This document shows, piece by piece, positions 1-12,374 of a stretch of 64,000 bases of DNA. Each line of letters starts with the position of its first letter. Position 1 is the stretch's first letter. Under the pieces are notes generated by a model. That model had not been told where the DNA came from and did not search any database. It saw only the letters and a program-made list of their open reading frames with translations. Position numbers and translations under genes: made by a program. The stretch is from contig NC_042998.1 of NCBI RefSeq assembly GCF_006345805.1, forward strand, positions 93,496,001 through 93,560,000. Reading direction: 5' to 3'. The DNA is from Octopus sinensis (Eukaryota).

Positions 1-880
1 AAATAATGGAGTTTATCGACAAAAACCACCCTGTCTCAAAACATTGTTGGCCTTGTGTCTAAATTACAGACAATTATTAGACATATCTACGAATATTTCG
101 ATGCTCTCTTGTAATACTGATGAGAAATAAGTATTCACCCTCGTGTACTTGCTGTAATGAGACAAAAGTTGACTGGGGCATAAAGACTATAATGTGTTTG
201 CAAAGTAGCGCTTTCTTATAATTAAACCAAATAAGAAAGAAAAAATACTGACAATCTAAATAAGGATATGATATAAAATACCGGGATTAAGCTATTAAAA
301 CAGATAGACCTTTGTGATTAAGACACCGCTAAATATTTACAGATTTGCAATTTTAAAATGATATCCGCAATAAAAATAATCTAATAAAATAATACTTGGA
401 GCTTCTGACAAAGAAGCGACTTCATAAAAATGTCAATTTTATCTCATTTCTTTTCTTGAATAATGAACAATAAAATAAATAACCACAACGATCAGCAAAC
501 CCTTAGATTTATTGTTCCTCTTGTAGGTAATGGATTAGTTCAAAGGTTCATTCGGTTCAAACAGATTAGCTTTACATGTTTTGGGGTTATATATTTTTTT
601 GTTTTACTTTGTAAACGCCCGGTGACAATATGTTTATTGATTTCTAACTGGATGCAAAAGTATAAATTTACAAAGAAAAATATGATTGTATAATGTTCAT
701 GCCTTTCTCGAGCAGACTAACTACTTAAAAATGAAGTGAAGTGGTTTCAACGGGGAAGCGAAATAAGTTCCTTATCTAGACTAGAACAGACATTATCTAT
801 TGCTTAATCGCGATCTCCGATGCTTCATTTATTTCTTATATGAACAAATATAATTACGAAAGATAAATTTATAATGAACA

Positions 881-1271
881 TTCTCTTACTTGTTTCAGTC
901 ATTTGACTGCGGTCATGCTGGGGCACCGTGAAAAATTATTAGTCGAATGAATCAATCCCAATACTTATTTTTTTAAAGCCTGACATTTATTCCATCAGTC
1001 TCTTTTGCCAAACCACTAATTTACGGAGACGTAAACACACCAATACCAGTTGTCAAGCAGTGGTCGGGACAAATACACACACAAACACGTGTGTGTGTGT
1101 ATGTGACGGATTCTTTCAGTTTCCGTCAACCAAATCCACTCACAAGGCCTTTGGTCGGCCCGAGGCTATAGCAGAAGACACTTGGCCAAGGTGCCATACA
1201 GTGGGACTGAACTCAGAACCATGTGGTTAGAAAGTAAACTTTTTACCACATAGCCACCATACCTGCGCCTA
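881..1271 (-). mobile_element. SINE family A (tRNA head, CORE-like GCACCTTGGGCAAG, internal microsatellite, tail ...GACTGAAACAAGTAAAAGA)
   Basis: Full-length match to the other family A copies in the window. Confidence 0.85.
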
Positions 1272-1993
1272 AAATTCATAGTGTAACAATTTTCCAAAAT
1301 GCGTATATCATCAAATTTTAGTATACCAGTCTACGAGGAATCAGAAATTAACACCAGAACTTGAACTTCCCGGCCAAATAAGGGTTATCACTACAGAAAA
1401 AATAATAAAGTTTTAAAAATTGTTTAAATGTCTAAAATTTATTCCCAAAATCCGTCACGTGAAAATATATACGAAATTAGAGACAACGGCTTACCACTTT
1501 TGTTAATGTTCCGAAGAAAAGTCGAGTTATTAAACATGTATTAAAAAGCACTAACTGTTATACATATGTTCTACGTTACTTTATGAATGCTCGAAATTTA
1601 AATATTTATGGAAGGCGTCTGAATATTCCGCTCATTGTGTTAAGTTGAGAGCATACTTCTTCCTTAGCTGTGACATCAACTTGCAATTAAATTATTTATA
1701 CGGACTATGCAAATCAATTTTATTGTAGTTGGCTAGTCTTCTCAGTGTTATTGCAAGTAAGACCTTATTTTCACCGGAAACTCTAATAAAATCATAAATT
1801 CCCCTAAGGTAAATAAAGTTTATCGTGAATAATAAAAATAAACATCATGAAAGTGGGACATAAAGACGTAAAATGTAGTTATAATTGGATTTCTTCCGTG
1901 TATGTGCGCGCGGGCGTATATAAAGTTAGTTTCATGCTATGTGACTATATACAGAAGAAAATAAATGTGGACCGCCATTATAATGGGTGCTCT

Positions 1994-2176
1994 CAAGGAC
2001 GCGAGCTAATAGAATCGTTAGGACGCCGGACGAAATGCTTAGCGGTACTTCGCCTGCAACTACTTCAAGTTCCGCCGAGGTCTATGAAATAAGTACCAGT
2101 TACGCACTAGGGTCGATGTAATCGACTATTCCCCTTCCCCAAAAATTTTCAAGGCCTTGTGCCTAGAGTAGAAATA
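1994..2176 (+). mobile_element. SINE family B monomer, internally deleted, with 17-bp TSD
   Basis: Head GCGAGCT..GAATCGTTAG and tail GGCCTTGTGCCTAGAGTAGAAA. TSD ATTATAATGGGTGCTCT at 1977-1993 and 2177-2193. Confidence 0.85.
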
Positions 2177-2393
2177 ATTATAATGGGTGCTCTTGAAATG
2201 AAAGAGAAGAAGCGTAAAGCTGAGCTATGGACTCAAGAAGCATATTATAAAGAGTTCGTTAAAACAAGAATTATAACATAACTAAAGCTGAAAATGCTAT
2301 GTTGATTCCAAAAGTAACAGACCTTGTCTAGTCATGATTTTCTTTTCTTCCATTTCTTAGTATTTCTTTGTAGGAGTATGGTTTGGAGACGCC

Positions 2394-2658
2394 GCTACTT
2401 TGGCGTGTGATCTACAACCTAAAGGGCGAGCATTGTAAATGTATTTTTTTCAAAACTCTTACTATTTTGATAATAATAAAACCATGTTTCATTTATGTTT
2501 AGTAAATAATAATAAGAAACCAAGAATAAACGATATAATAATTAAAATAATCGCTTAGATCACGCAAGTTTGGCAGCCGTGAGTTTTACAACGTAAAGAA
2601 ACTAAAAACTAGCCTGAAGTAATCGCCCTTGAAATTGTAGATCTCACGCCAAAGTAGC
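2394..2658. mobile_element. MITE-like element with 36-bp terminal inverted repeats
   Basis: GCTACTTTGGCGTGTGATCTACAACCTAAAGGGCGA (2394-2429) is the inverted complement of 2623-2658 with few mismatches. AT-rich interior; superfamily not assigned. Confidence 0.6.
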
Positions 2659-4912
2659 ACTTTGGAAACTTCTTTAGCATAAGAGTGGTTTTTCGGCGAA
2701 TTGAGTCTTCAACTAAGTTTCATTTTCTAACTAGAAGTTCTGCTCGACGAGCAAACATGAAAGTACAACATTCTTGTCTCCCACCTATAAATCTAAAACT
2801 CTGTGTCAAGTGAAGTCAATAATTAAGCAAGTCTAAGATATTTAGAATAAGGATTTTAACTTTAACGTGTTTAAAAGCTTTGTCCTTCTCTCTGCTTTTA
2901 GATTATTTCAAAGCCTATTATTTACTGCATAAAACCTTTAGTTTCTGGAATTTTTTTTTGTATACAGCAACTAAGCTATACATATTCGACACAAGATGTT
3001 GGTATAATTGGTCAATCAAGCCGCTACCCAAAATTTTACGATTTCTTGTTTGCACTTTATCTCTGATACGATCAGATAAATAGGGAAGCGCCAAATAACA
3101 GCTTAAAGCATTGATTCCCAATCTGGCAAATAGCAGACTTTACCAAAATTTATTAGCTGTAACTTTTTACCCCGCCCCCCACTTCTTATTAACGAGGAGA
3201 CAAAACAGAGTCTGTGTCTATAAAATGTTTCTTTAACTTTCCCCATCGTGTTATATAAGTTTAAAATCATCTTTATTAAGTATGGCAATTGGTCCTCCCA
3301 TTTCTCAAATTACCACAAGTTCCTTATAAGTGAAACTAGTTTACAGTATCAGCACACAGGCGTGTTTAAGGTATTACGTTTATCAGCACAGGGAGGGTTT
3401 TAAACCCCAAATGGTGTGGAATTGACTACAGTTTCATCTATAATACCCCCAGCATAACGCAATCTTCGGGTTTTTAAACAGTCAAATTGAAGTAAACTCT
3501 CAACAAGCAAAATACGCGAGTCAAATTTCGAATCTCGTTTACACCTCTTAAGTAAAGTCACCAATATACTTGAGAAAGCAAGAACAATGTAGCAATGTGA
3601 TCATTGGTCTTTATAAATACTATACTACTTTATTTTATTCTCATCTATGGTCGACGAAATAACGCCATCATATAATTAATTTAACATTTTACTGATAATT
3701 CTGCTGCAAATAATATTTACTATATTGGTGTTGTACTGCATTTATTATAATAAAACAATTCAAGACTGACGAGAGGAAAGAACATTGAAGGGTATTCAGA
3801 AAAAAAAAACATTTGAGAAATGCTTCTATGGCTCAAAAGGTAGAAACAAGGTAGAAACATATCAGGTTAGGGAATATTACATGCGAAAGCCACATGATTG
3901 GATGCGGATGGGTAAATAATTGAGTTTTTCCCGACGTGATATCAAGTTTTTTTCTGAAGTTTCCTAGCACAAAACGCAGAATGATATTAATGAATCAGAA
4001 AATGACATCCAACTGTTTTAATCAATTTAGTACTTGTCAAGCAAGTGAGTGGCTTGATCTGAAATCTTCCGTTGAAAATGAAGTATTATATTGTGGAAAA
4101 GCTACTCTAGCTACCTTAAAATACAGAGAAACTGTTACAATGTTAGTCACAATCATTGCGACTTGGAATCATTTGTACAGCGTCATTTATTTTTGAACTG
4201 TCAGTGGCCAGGTCGCAATAGTGCAACGAAACTTTTGAGACATCTAGGAATAAATGAAAATGAGTCCAGCAATCTTGGTTGATCCACGATGTAATTGTTT
4301 ATCTATAAATTCAATGAATTAATCAGATATTGTAAGGTAACCCATCTAGCTGTGATTAGAGCGTTTAGGAGGGTGTCTGTAGAGAAAAAGTAACAGTTGT
4401 GTCACGTCTTCGTAAGAGAGAGAGAGAGTGAAATTAAAACAGAGTAACAACAAATGTGAATACATACAGTTGTTCCTCCTACATCATTGTGACACGCCAA
4501 AGGGTTGCCCAAATACAATATGTATATAACATTGAGCTTCCGGACAACATAGTTGACACACTGACATTTGGTCGCATAAGTAGCTGACACAGAGGTCGTG
4601 GTTATAAGTGAAAGGTGGTGTTAAATAAACACTAAACCAGCAGTTTAAAGTTTGGTGGGTCTGTTTATAGGTATTCTTTATTTAAAAGTGCTGGAACCTT
4701 CGAAGTAATAAGATATTGAACTTTTAGCGCAAGGGGCATTGCATTGTTTATCTGAGCAAAACACTTCATTTTATATTCTTCGGCTTGTTAGATGAAAAAA
4801 GTAAGCAGATCATTTGAGAAACTAGCGATCAGGAAGAAATGTATTTCATTTTCTTAGTACTATGAATTCATGAAGGTTTTGAAAAAGTTCGTGTTTCAAC
4901 GATAGAATACTA

Positions 4913-5581
4913 CAGTAATCCCTCGACTATAGGGGGTGCTACGTTCCCAAAACCCCCACGATAGGTGAAAATCCGCGAAGTAGAAACAGTACTGTACTGT
5001 ATATTGTTTTAATATTACTTTTATAATTTACCTTTTACTCTTTTACTTGTTTCAGTCATTTGACTGCGGCCATGCTGGACCACTGCCTTTAGTCGAGCAA
5101 ATCGACCCCAGGACTTAATCTTTGTAAGCCTAATACTTATTCTATCGCTCCCTTTTGCTGAACCGCTAAGTTACAAGGGACGTAAACACACCAGCATCGG
5201 TTGTCAAGCGATGTTGAGGGTGGGGGGAGCACAGACACACAAACACACACACACACACACATATATACATATGCATATATACGACGGGCTTTTTTCAGTT
5301 TCTCTCTACCAAATCCACTCACAAGGCTTTCGTCGGCCCGAGGCTATAGTAGAAGACACTTGCCCAAGGTGCCATGCAGTGGGGCTGAACCCGGAACCAT
5401 GTGATTGGTAAGAAAGCTACTTATCACACAGCCACTTCTCCGCCTATACATACCACACAGCCACACCTGTGCCTATATACATTTATTTTATTATAAATGC
5501 AAAACAACACCACGGAGGAATCGACATAAGCTTAAATAATAAATCGCGATAGGTGAACCGTGATATGGCGAGGAATTACAG
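4913..5581. mobile_element. pogo/Tigger-type MITE interrupted by a family A SINE
   Basis: Left end TA|CAGTAATCCCTCGACTATAGGGGG..AAAATCCGCGAAG. Right end GCGATAGGTGAACCGTGATATGGCGAGGAATTACAG is the degenerate inverted terminus. Confidence 0.6.
5031..5475 (-). mobile_element. SINE family A, full length, with a short tandem duplication of the head
   Basis: Family A match. CACACAGCCAC...GCCTA occurs twice (about 5427-5447 and 5455-5475). Confidence 0.85.
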
Positions 5582-6202
5582 GACTATAAAATTGGTAAGT
5601 CAATAGATTCAGTGGATGAAGCGAACTGGAACAGTTACTGAAAACTCCTTTCTTCTGCTGTGTTTCTCATACGTAGGACAAAACCACTTCCGTAATACTA
5701 AATTAGAAATTAAACTGAAGTTTTCGATTAGTGATAAAGGAAACATTTTAAAACAATGCTGTCAAGTTCTTCGTTTTGGATTACAATAACAACCTCTATT
5801 TTATTAATTCAAAACATGAAATAACAATCTAAGTAATAAGATTATTGTCAAGAACTAGCAATTCACCGAATTAATCCTTATAAACATTGATTTCTGACGT
5901 CGGATAAAAAAGGCTAATAGAAAAAAAGAATTAAGACGTTGTGATTTTTGCTTCCCACGAGCATTTAGTGGCAAAAGAGGAAGCAAACTGGTTAGATGTT
6001 AGAAATCAAAAACAAGCCTCCGATTCGACTCCCTAGGTGCTTACCTTTACAATATAAGCGTTAAAAATACATATATTCCTTATTACCGAAGTACTGATCG
6101 TAATTTTAGAAAGAGATCTCGCGCCACTGATTAAGGTAAATTCAGGAGCTGAAGGATTTTTTCAATGAATCATCTGCCTCAAGAAACTACTATAATACCA
6201 AG

Positions 6203-6530
6203 TCGCAGGCTTAGCTGTGTAGTTAAGAAGTTGGCTTTGCAGCCAGATAGTTTCGGGCTCAGTTCCACTGCTCGACACCTTGGGCAAGTCTCTTCAACTA
6301 TAGTTCTAGACTGGCCAATATCTTGTGAGTGGATTTGGTAGACAGAAGCTGTGTTGAAACTCCTCGAATACACACACACACGCACGTGTGTGTTTTGATT
6401 CCATTCTACCACTGGACAACCGGTGTTGGTTTTTTACTTCCCTATGACTACGTAGTGAAGTCGATATGTTCGACTAAACCCTTGAAGGTAGGGTTAGGAT
6501 ACACACACTCCCAGTAACTGAAACAAGATA
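6203..6530 (+). mobile_element. SINE family A, diverged copy
   Basis: GCAGGCTTAGCTGTGTAGTTAAG head, CACCTTGGGCAAG, GTGAGTGGATTTGGTAGAC, tail ACTGAAACAAG. Confidence 0.75.
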
Positions 6531-6885
6531 GAGCAGTTGTATAACAAACAACAGCAATAATTTTATTCAGCTGAATACAAGTCATTGATTGGTTGAAATT
6601 ACCGAAATACAACAACTTTAACACGAGATAACTTTGAAAATATAAACTTTTCTCAACAACACTAAGAGTAAAAGATGTTTTATATGACACATTCTACCAG
6701 TGTCCGAAGTTTGAAAGTGTTTAGTTGCAAAAAATTAATTTCTCGATCTACCGTTCAAAGGGAAAAGATCCAAACAATCATATCATTTCTACAGGCTTAT
6801 CATCTAGTTGAAAAAAATATTCCAAATATCCTCTAAAATTATGTTATGTCTTGAATAATACCAGACCGTGACAGTAATGTTTTTA

Positions 6886-6998
6886 AATTTTGGCACAAGG
6901 TCAGTAATTTTAGAGGGAGATGTTTATTCAATTACATCCACCACAGTGTTTAAATGGTACTTGTTTTATCTATCTCAAAAGAATCAATCTCGGCGGAA
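6886..6998 (-). mobile_element. SINE family B fragment
   Basis: Diverged reverse copy of the body and tail (TTTGGCACAAGGTCAGTAATTT...CTCGGCGGAA). Confidence 0.6.
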
Positions 6999-7802
6999 AC
7001 CGTGACTATGTCATTACTGGATTACCGCCTGATTTAAGAAAGAAATTAAAACTATGCTATTAATTAAAATATAAGAAGGGAAGATAGCAAGAAATGCTTC
7101 GAAAGAGAACAGGTCTAACTTCAGGTTGAATTATAATTAAAAACAATTTAGAAAGTATTTCACACTGTGATGTAGAACAAAGTTAAGCAACCTGAACGAA
7201 CATAAAAATAATTTCTAGTATTTTGAATTTAGAAAATTAATAGTTACATTAAATAAGAGTTTTAATTAAAAGTGACGCAAGATCCTTCAAGACCCAGCAT
7301 ATACACGCACAAAATTAAAACCTTTTTTTTTTTTTTTTCGCAGTTCGTATTTTAATGTCAAGTTACTTAGTTGTAAAAATAAAATTGTAGACTGTCAAAA
7401 TTCTTACAGTAACTTCATTTTGTATATAAGTTTATACTGATTATGTTTTATCAGAAAAGTAATATATAACATTTGGACACTTTATATCCCTGGGACTGTC
7501 TGCAATTTTGTTAGTTTGCTTCGAGTAGAGTTACCGGATGTTTTATTTTGACTTTTATATCAAATTTGAGAATATGTTCACCAAAGAGATTTTCTGAGAA
7601 TTTTCTTCTTAAAGATTTTACTCAAGTGAAAGAATAACTATCATATCATTTGGTATAGCAAAGACACATTTCAATATTTCATAGAATGTAGAAACTGCTG
7701 TAGAATAATGAGTGGCTGAAATTATAGCATAGTGTCGAACCAGATGCTTTTTGACATTTAAGCTATGTTCCATTACGTTCTAAGTTCATACACACACACA
7801 CA

Positions 7803-7840
<38 letters not shown>

Positions 7841-8388
7841 TACAACTAGAAGAAGAGAGGCGACAATGACTGTCTAACACGCTGTGAATTCTGCTAAAAG
7901 TATTGAGTTCTTTATTTTAATCTTAAATTCTTTTTATTAAAAATCAACACAAGCAGACACAACCCACCAAATATATATTCATTCAATCTTTCTCTACATT
8001 CTCAGTTCAAACTTTTTATTCACACTGGACTAATAACACAATTAATTCCCAGCTATGTTTTGCAATTGACATATTCCAGTATGTCTTCAACGAAAATTTT
8101 TTTTGTTTTCTCTCAATGTAATCTATATTCACAGAATTACGATTGCTATAGTTCAATGAAACCGATTTTCTGTTTAAAAATTTTACTAAATTGCAGTTTC
8201 GATTTTCGTTTCTTATTTCCTTTCATATGTTATAAAAAACGTAAGTCTGCTGAATATTGTTGACCCCGGTTGTAGGAATCATAGGACCGATAACCCGATA
8301 AGTGACCGAAATCTCAACATTCCTCTAGAACGGGAGGCTAGTCCGTCGAAGTGTTACGCATTTACGGTTGAAGGAACAAGGGCAACAT

Positions 8389-8403
8389 GAAAAGAAACCC
8401 GTC

Positions 8404-8479
<76 letters not shown>

Positions 8480-8645
8480 CCACCATCGCTTGACAACTGA
8501 TGCTGGTGTGTGTACGTCCCCGTAATCTAGCAGTGTGGCCAAAGAGACCGATAGAATAAGTACAAAGTCCTGGTGTCGATTTGTTCAACTAAAGGTGGTG
8601 TTCAAGCATGGCCGCAGTCAAATGACTGAAATAAGTAAAAGAATA
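8389..8645 (+). mobile_element. SINE family A, 3' half with expanded (TA)n(TG)n
   Basis: AAAGAAACCCGTCG, then microsatellite, then GCTTGACAAC...AAATGACTGAAATAAGTAAAAGA. Confidence 0.8.
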
Positions 8646-8861
8646 CTTTAAGATATTGATCAATGAATCAATTATCAGCTGTATTGATGATTTCCCTTAT
8701 AATACGAAACAGAAATTTTCGAAATTTTACATGATTGGCTATTATCACTCGGAATTTGAAACTTGATTAATCCCTTCAATACTGCCACCTTATATATATA
8801 GCCACCTTATGTATATAGCCATTTCAAGTGAAAATTCCTGACAATAAACAGCAATATATTT

Positions 8862-8994
8862 TTTGCTCTAGGCACAAGGCCCGAAATTTTTGGGGAGGGT
8901 GCCAGTCGATTAGATCGACCCCAGTACGCAACTGGCACTTAATTTATCGATCCCGAAAGGATGAAAGGCAAAGTCGACCTCAGCGAAATTTGAA
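8862..8994 (-). mobile_element. SINE family B, 5'-truncated
   Basis: Reverse copy of body and GGCCTTGTGCCTAGAG tail, 25 bp from the compound copy at 9019. Confidence 0.85.
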
Positions 8995-9018
8995 TAAATA
9001 GTTATATAAAACAGTCAA

Positions 9019-9423
9019 AAGGCGGCGAGCTGGCAGAATCGTTAGCACGCCGGGCGAAATGCGTAGCCGTATTTCGTCTGCCGTTACGTTCAGATTTCAA
9101 ATTCCGCCGAGGTCGACTTTGCCTTTCATCCTTTCGGGGTCGATAAATTAAGTACCAGTTACGCACTGGGGTCGATGTAATCGACTTAATCCCTTTGTCT
9201 GTCCTTGTTTGTCCACTCTATGTTTAGCCCCTTGTGGGTAGTAAAGAAATAGGTATTTCGTCTGTCGTTACGTTCTGAGTTAAAATTCCGCCGAGGTCGA
9301 CTTTGCCTTTCATCTTTTCGAAGTCTATAAATTAAGTACCAGTTGAGTACTGGGGTCCATCTAATCGACTGGTCCCCTCCCCGCAAAATTTCGGGCCTTG
9401 TGCCCAGAGTAGAAAAGAATATC
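9019..9423 (+). mobile_element. Compound SINE: family B head, body, Tx1-like tail (9194-9251), second body, standard tail; 10-bp TSD
   Basis: The body (GTATTTCGTCTG...GTCGAT..AATCGACT) occurs twice. TSD AAACAGTCAA at 9009-9018 and 9424-9433. Confidence 0.9.
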
Positions 9424-10509
9424 AAACAGTCAACGTGGACCAAACTGGAGACTGACAATTGTTTGTTGTTTCTTCAAGAAGCTTGAACATATTCCCGGGA
9501 GAAGTTCGTTCCTACCTTTACATTACTGGGAAAATGAAGAAGAAAGGCCATAGAAGATCTAAGAGAAACGAACAACCTAGCTATTCTGTCGAACCCATTT
9601 CTCTTCAAGGAAGAAGTCAATCAAAAGAGCGAATTGATCTTTTATTAACCATAACTGTCGAACACAGAGGGGACAGCACAAAGGGTCAGGGAAGGAGGGA
9701 TAAACGATATTTATGCAAATTTATGATAAATAAAATTATGTAATGATGATGATGAAGTGATGAACGGGTGTGACCCTACAGACCACATTCCACCACTGGA
9801 CCTTTTCAGAAGCTTTATGTCATTCCTTAAGTAGACACGTTCATTCTCAACATGTAAGCCACTTTCTTCAAAAAAGATTGTTCTTATATGTAAATTCAAA
9901 CTGAGTAAGATCGCATCACTTCCCCGACCCCCCAGGTTGGCATAGAGAAATAAATTTCTCGTAGTCGTTTAGGAGAGGAGAGAACGCCCGCGGTCCTCTC
10001 AATCTAGTTTCTGTCGTAGCAACAATGTCCAACCTATACAACCTGAATCATAAGAGCGAATGCAAGGCTAAAAGAAAGACCGAATGGTTTCGATAGAAAC
10101 CACAAAAAAACTGGTAAAATCATGTTGTTGCTGAAAATTGCCTCAAAGGTTTGAATGTTAGTAAAAAAATGGGAATAAATATTTATAACTACTTTAAAAT
10201 CAAAAACAAGAAAAACGTCAACATTGTGGCTATATTCCAACGCCCTATGATCTGAGTTCAATTGTCACCAAAGTCAATTTTGCATTTCATTTTTTCGGAG
10301 TCAATAATAAAAAAACTATCAATTTAAGGTTGTGAATTGGCTTTGCACTCTGCGTTGACTAAATATGTCGCCTGTTTTAAACATCACCTGTTGTAAGCAT
10401 TCGAATAATGTGTCCGGTTTTCTCCTTCCCTCCCACCTGTATAAAGACATTGTGAAAGGTCACAGATCCTGCCTTCTCCTCCTGTCTAAAAGTTCACAAG
10501 ATGATGATG

Positions 10510-10543
<34 letters not shown>

Positions 10544-10807
10544 TAAGCTTTTATTACTCTGAAATATGTGTGATGACTATGCACATGCAAGTTTAGAGGG
10601 TGTATTGAATTAGACAGTGAAATAAAAGACAACTCGGCTACAAATAATCGAAGTGTGTAAAGCACTCGTGGAAGCCAGGTATTTTCTTGCCTTTTTTTTT
10701 TCTTTTCTTTACAAACAAATCGAAGAGACAACGTCAATGCCATTATACCTGACTTTAGGTTGCAGAGTGGCGAAGTTATTGATACCTGACAATACACAAC
10801 AACAGTT

Positions 10808-10880
10808 CACTTCCGCTTGACGGACTTGTCAGTTATTGAGGTAAACAGCCACGCTTACACGTGACAGTCGCGCGGGAAAA
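10808..10880. promoter_or_regulatory. Promoter-like motif cluster: ETS (CACTTCCG), E-box (CACGTGAC), E2F (GCGCGGGAAAA)
   Basis: Three housekeeping or cell-cycle motifs within 73 bp (10808-10815, 10858-10865, 10870-10880) in a CpG-rich patch within AT-rich DNA. Confidence 0.4.
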
Positions 10881-11266
10881 GTAACTAAGAACGAGTAGCT
10901 AGAAATTTTATTGACTGAAATTGCAATTTGCAAAATTGAAATGCTAATTAGTGAAAACAATTGTTAATGAAAGTGATCAGGGATGTCGTCATAGTTCAGG
11001 AACTTTACATTTGTTGTACATAGAATTAAAAGGTTTCTTTCTATTTTCACTTTTAACCTCTGAAGGAATTCAATCGATAGTTTGGTTTGATCTGGTTAAA
11101 TCAAGATCTACAACTTCGAAACGTAACTTATTTAAAAGAATGAAACGTGGTGGGATGTGTCTGGGTACGTTTCTGTTTGTCTTTTTTATAATCAATTTTT
11201 GTTACATTTGAAGTACATGGTTTTTGATATTCATGCAAAGACTTTATCTAAAATATTCAAGCAATC

Positions 11267-11375
11267 CTTCGGTATTAGTAGACGACGTCATTCACCCTCT
11301 TTTCAACCTAGCCTCTGTATTTATGTCGGGAAGGAACGTTGTGTGGGTGAATGACATCGTCTATTAATACCGAAA
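11267..11375. repeat. Inverted repeat with 31-bp arms and about 47-bp spacer (hairpin or mini-MITE)
   Basis: CTTCGGTATTAGTAGACGACGTCATTCACCC versus GGGTGAATGACATCGTCTATTAATACCGAAA. Confidence 0.7.
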
Positions 11376-12169
11376 GATTACTAATATTTAGCAATAACAA
11401 AAACAGCGAACGTCTTATGCGTAGACTTTCCACTTTTCCATGTTTCCAGATTACGCAATCTTCCCAAGGAAAAAACTGCGTATATAAACACCTATGCTAA
11501 CACACAATTATAATCCTCACTCATAAACACACATCTATAAAATGATAATTCTACACCGTTTACAGATGTGTGTGTGTGAAATGTGTGTAAGAGATATCAG
11601 TTTCACGTGTGAAGTCAATCGAAAATTCATTGTTTCGTAGATAGCCACCCCCTTTTTTTATTTAATGAATGAATTCATAAGAAATTAAAGGCAACTTGAC
11701 TCATTCCTAACAACACATGTCTAGTTCAACTGTTCAGTAAAGAAATTATAACAAGCGAAACAACAAGTATACAAACAAGATGTGTTGATGCGTATAAAGA
11801 TACGTACGGATAGAGTGTAATGTGTGCATGGATCAGGTGTGTGTGTGTATAATATTGGAGATGGGAGGATTGGGGCACCATCGGAGAGTAAATTAATAGA
11901 TAATCGTGCTGGTAACTGAATGTGACCTAGCTGAACTTATTCAGGGCGGGTAAAAATTGTTTTCCATTTGTGCATGTATATATATATATACTACACACAC
12001 ACACACACACACAGTGTTATCTATCTATGATAGTCATGCGTATATAAATATATAAAGCATATTGTATGCGCCCACATATGCATATGTATTTACGTATATA
12101 TGTAAGTGTGTATATATACGTAAGTATATATGCATATATATATTATTTATATTATTATACACACACATA

Positions 12170-12283
12170 CACACGCACATATATATATATATGCGCACGA
12201 ACACACACATTATATCTATGCATATATATTTATATATATATATATATATATACACACACATACATATATTTACCCATCGCACC

Positions 12284-12370
<87 letters not shown>
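12170..12370. repeat. (TA)n/(CA)n compound microsatellite
   Basis: Direct reading; source of the YIYIY ORFs. Confidence 0.95.

Positions 12371-12374
<4 letters not shown>

Noticed and set aside
9711-9899. 62-codon ORF as a called CDS
   Set aside because: No recognisable homology and not Nvd-like; kept only as a candidate within the nested-promoter finding.
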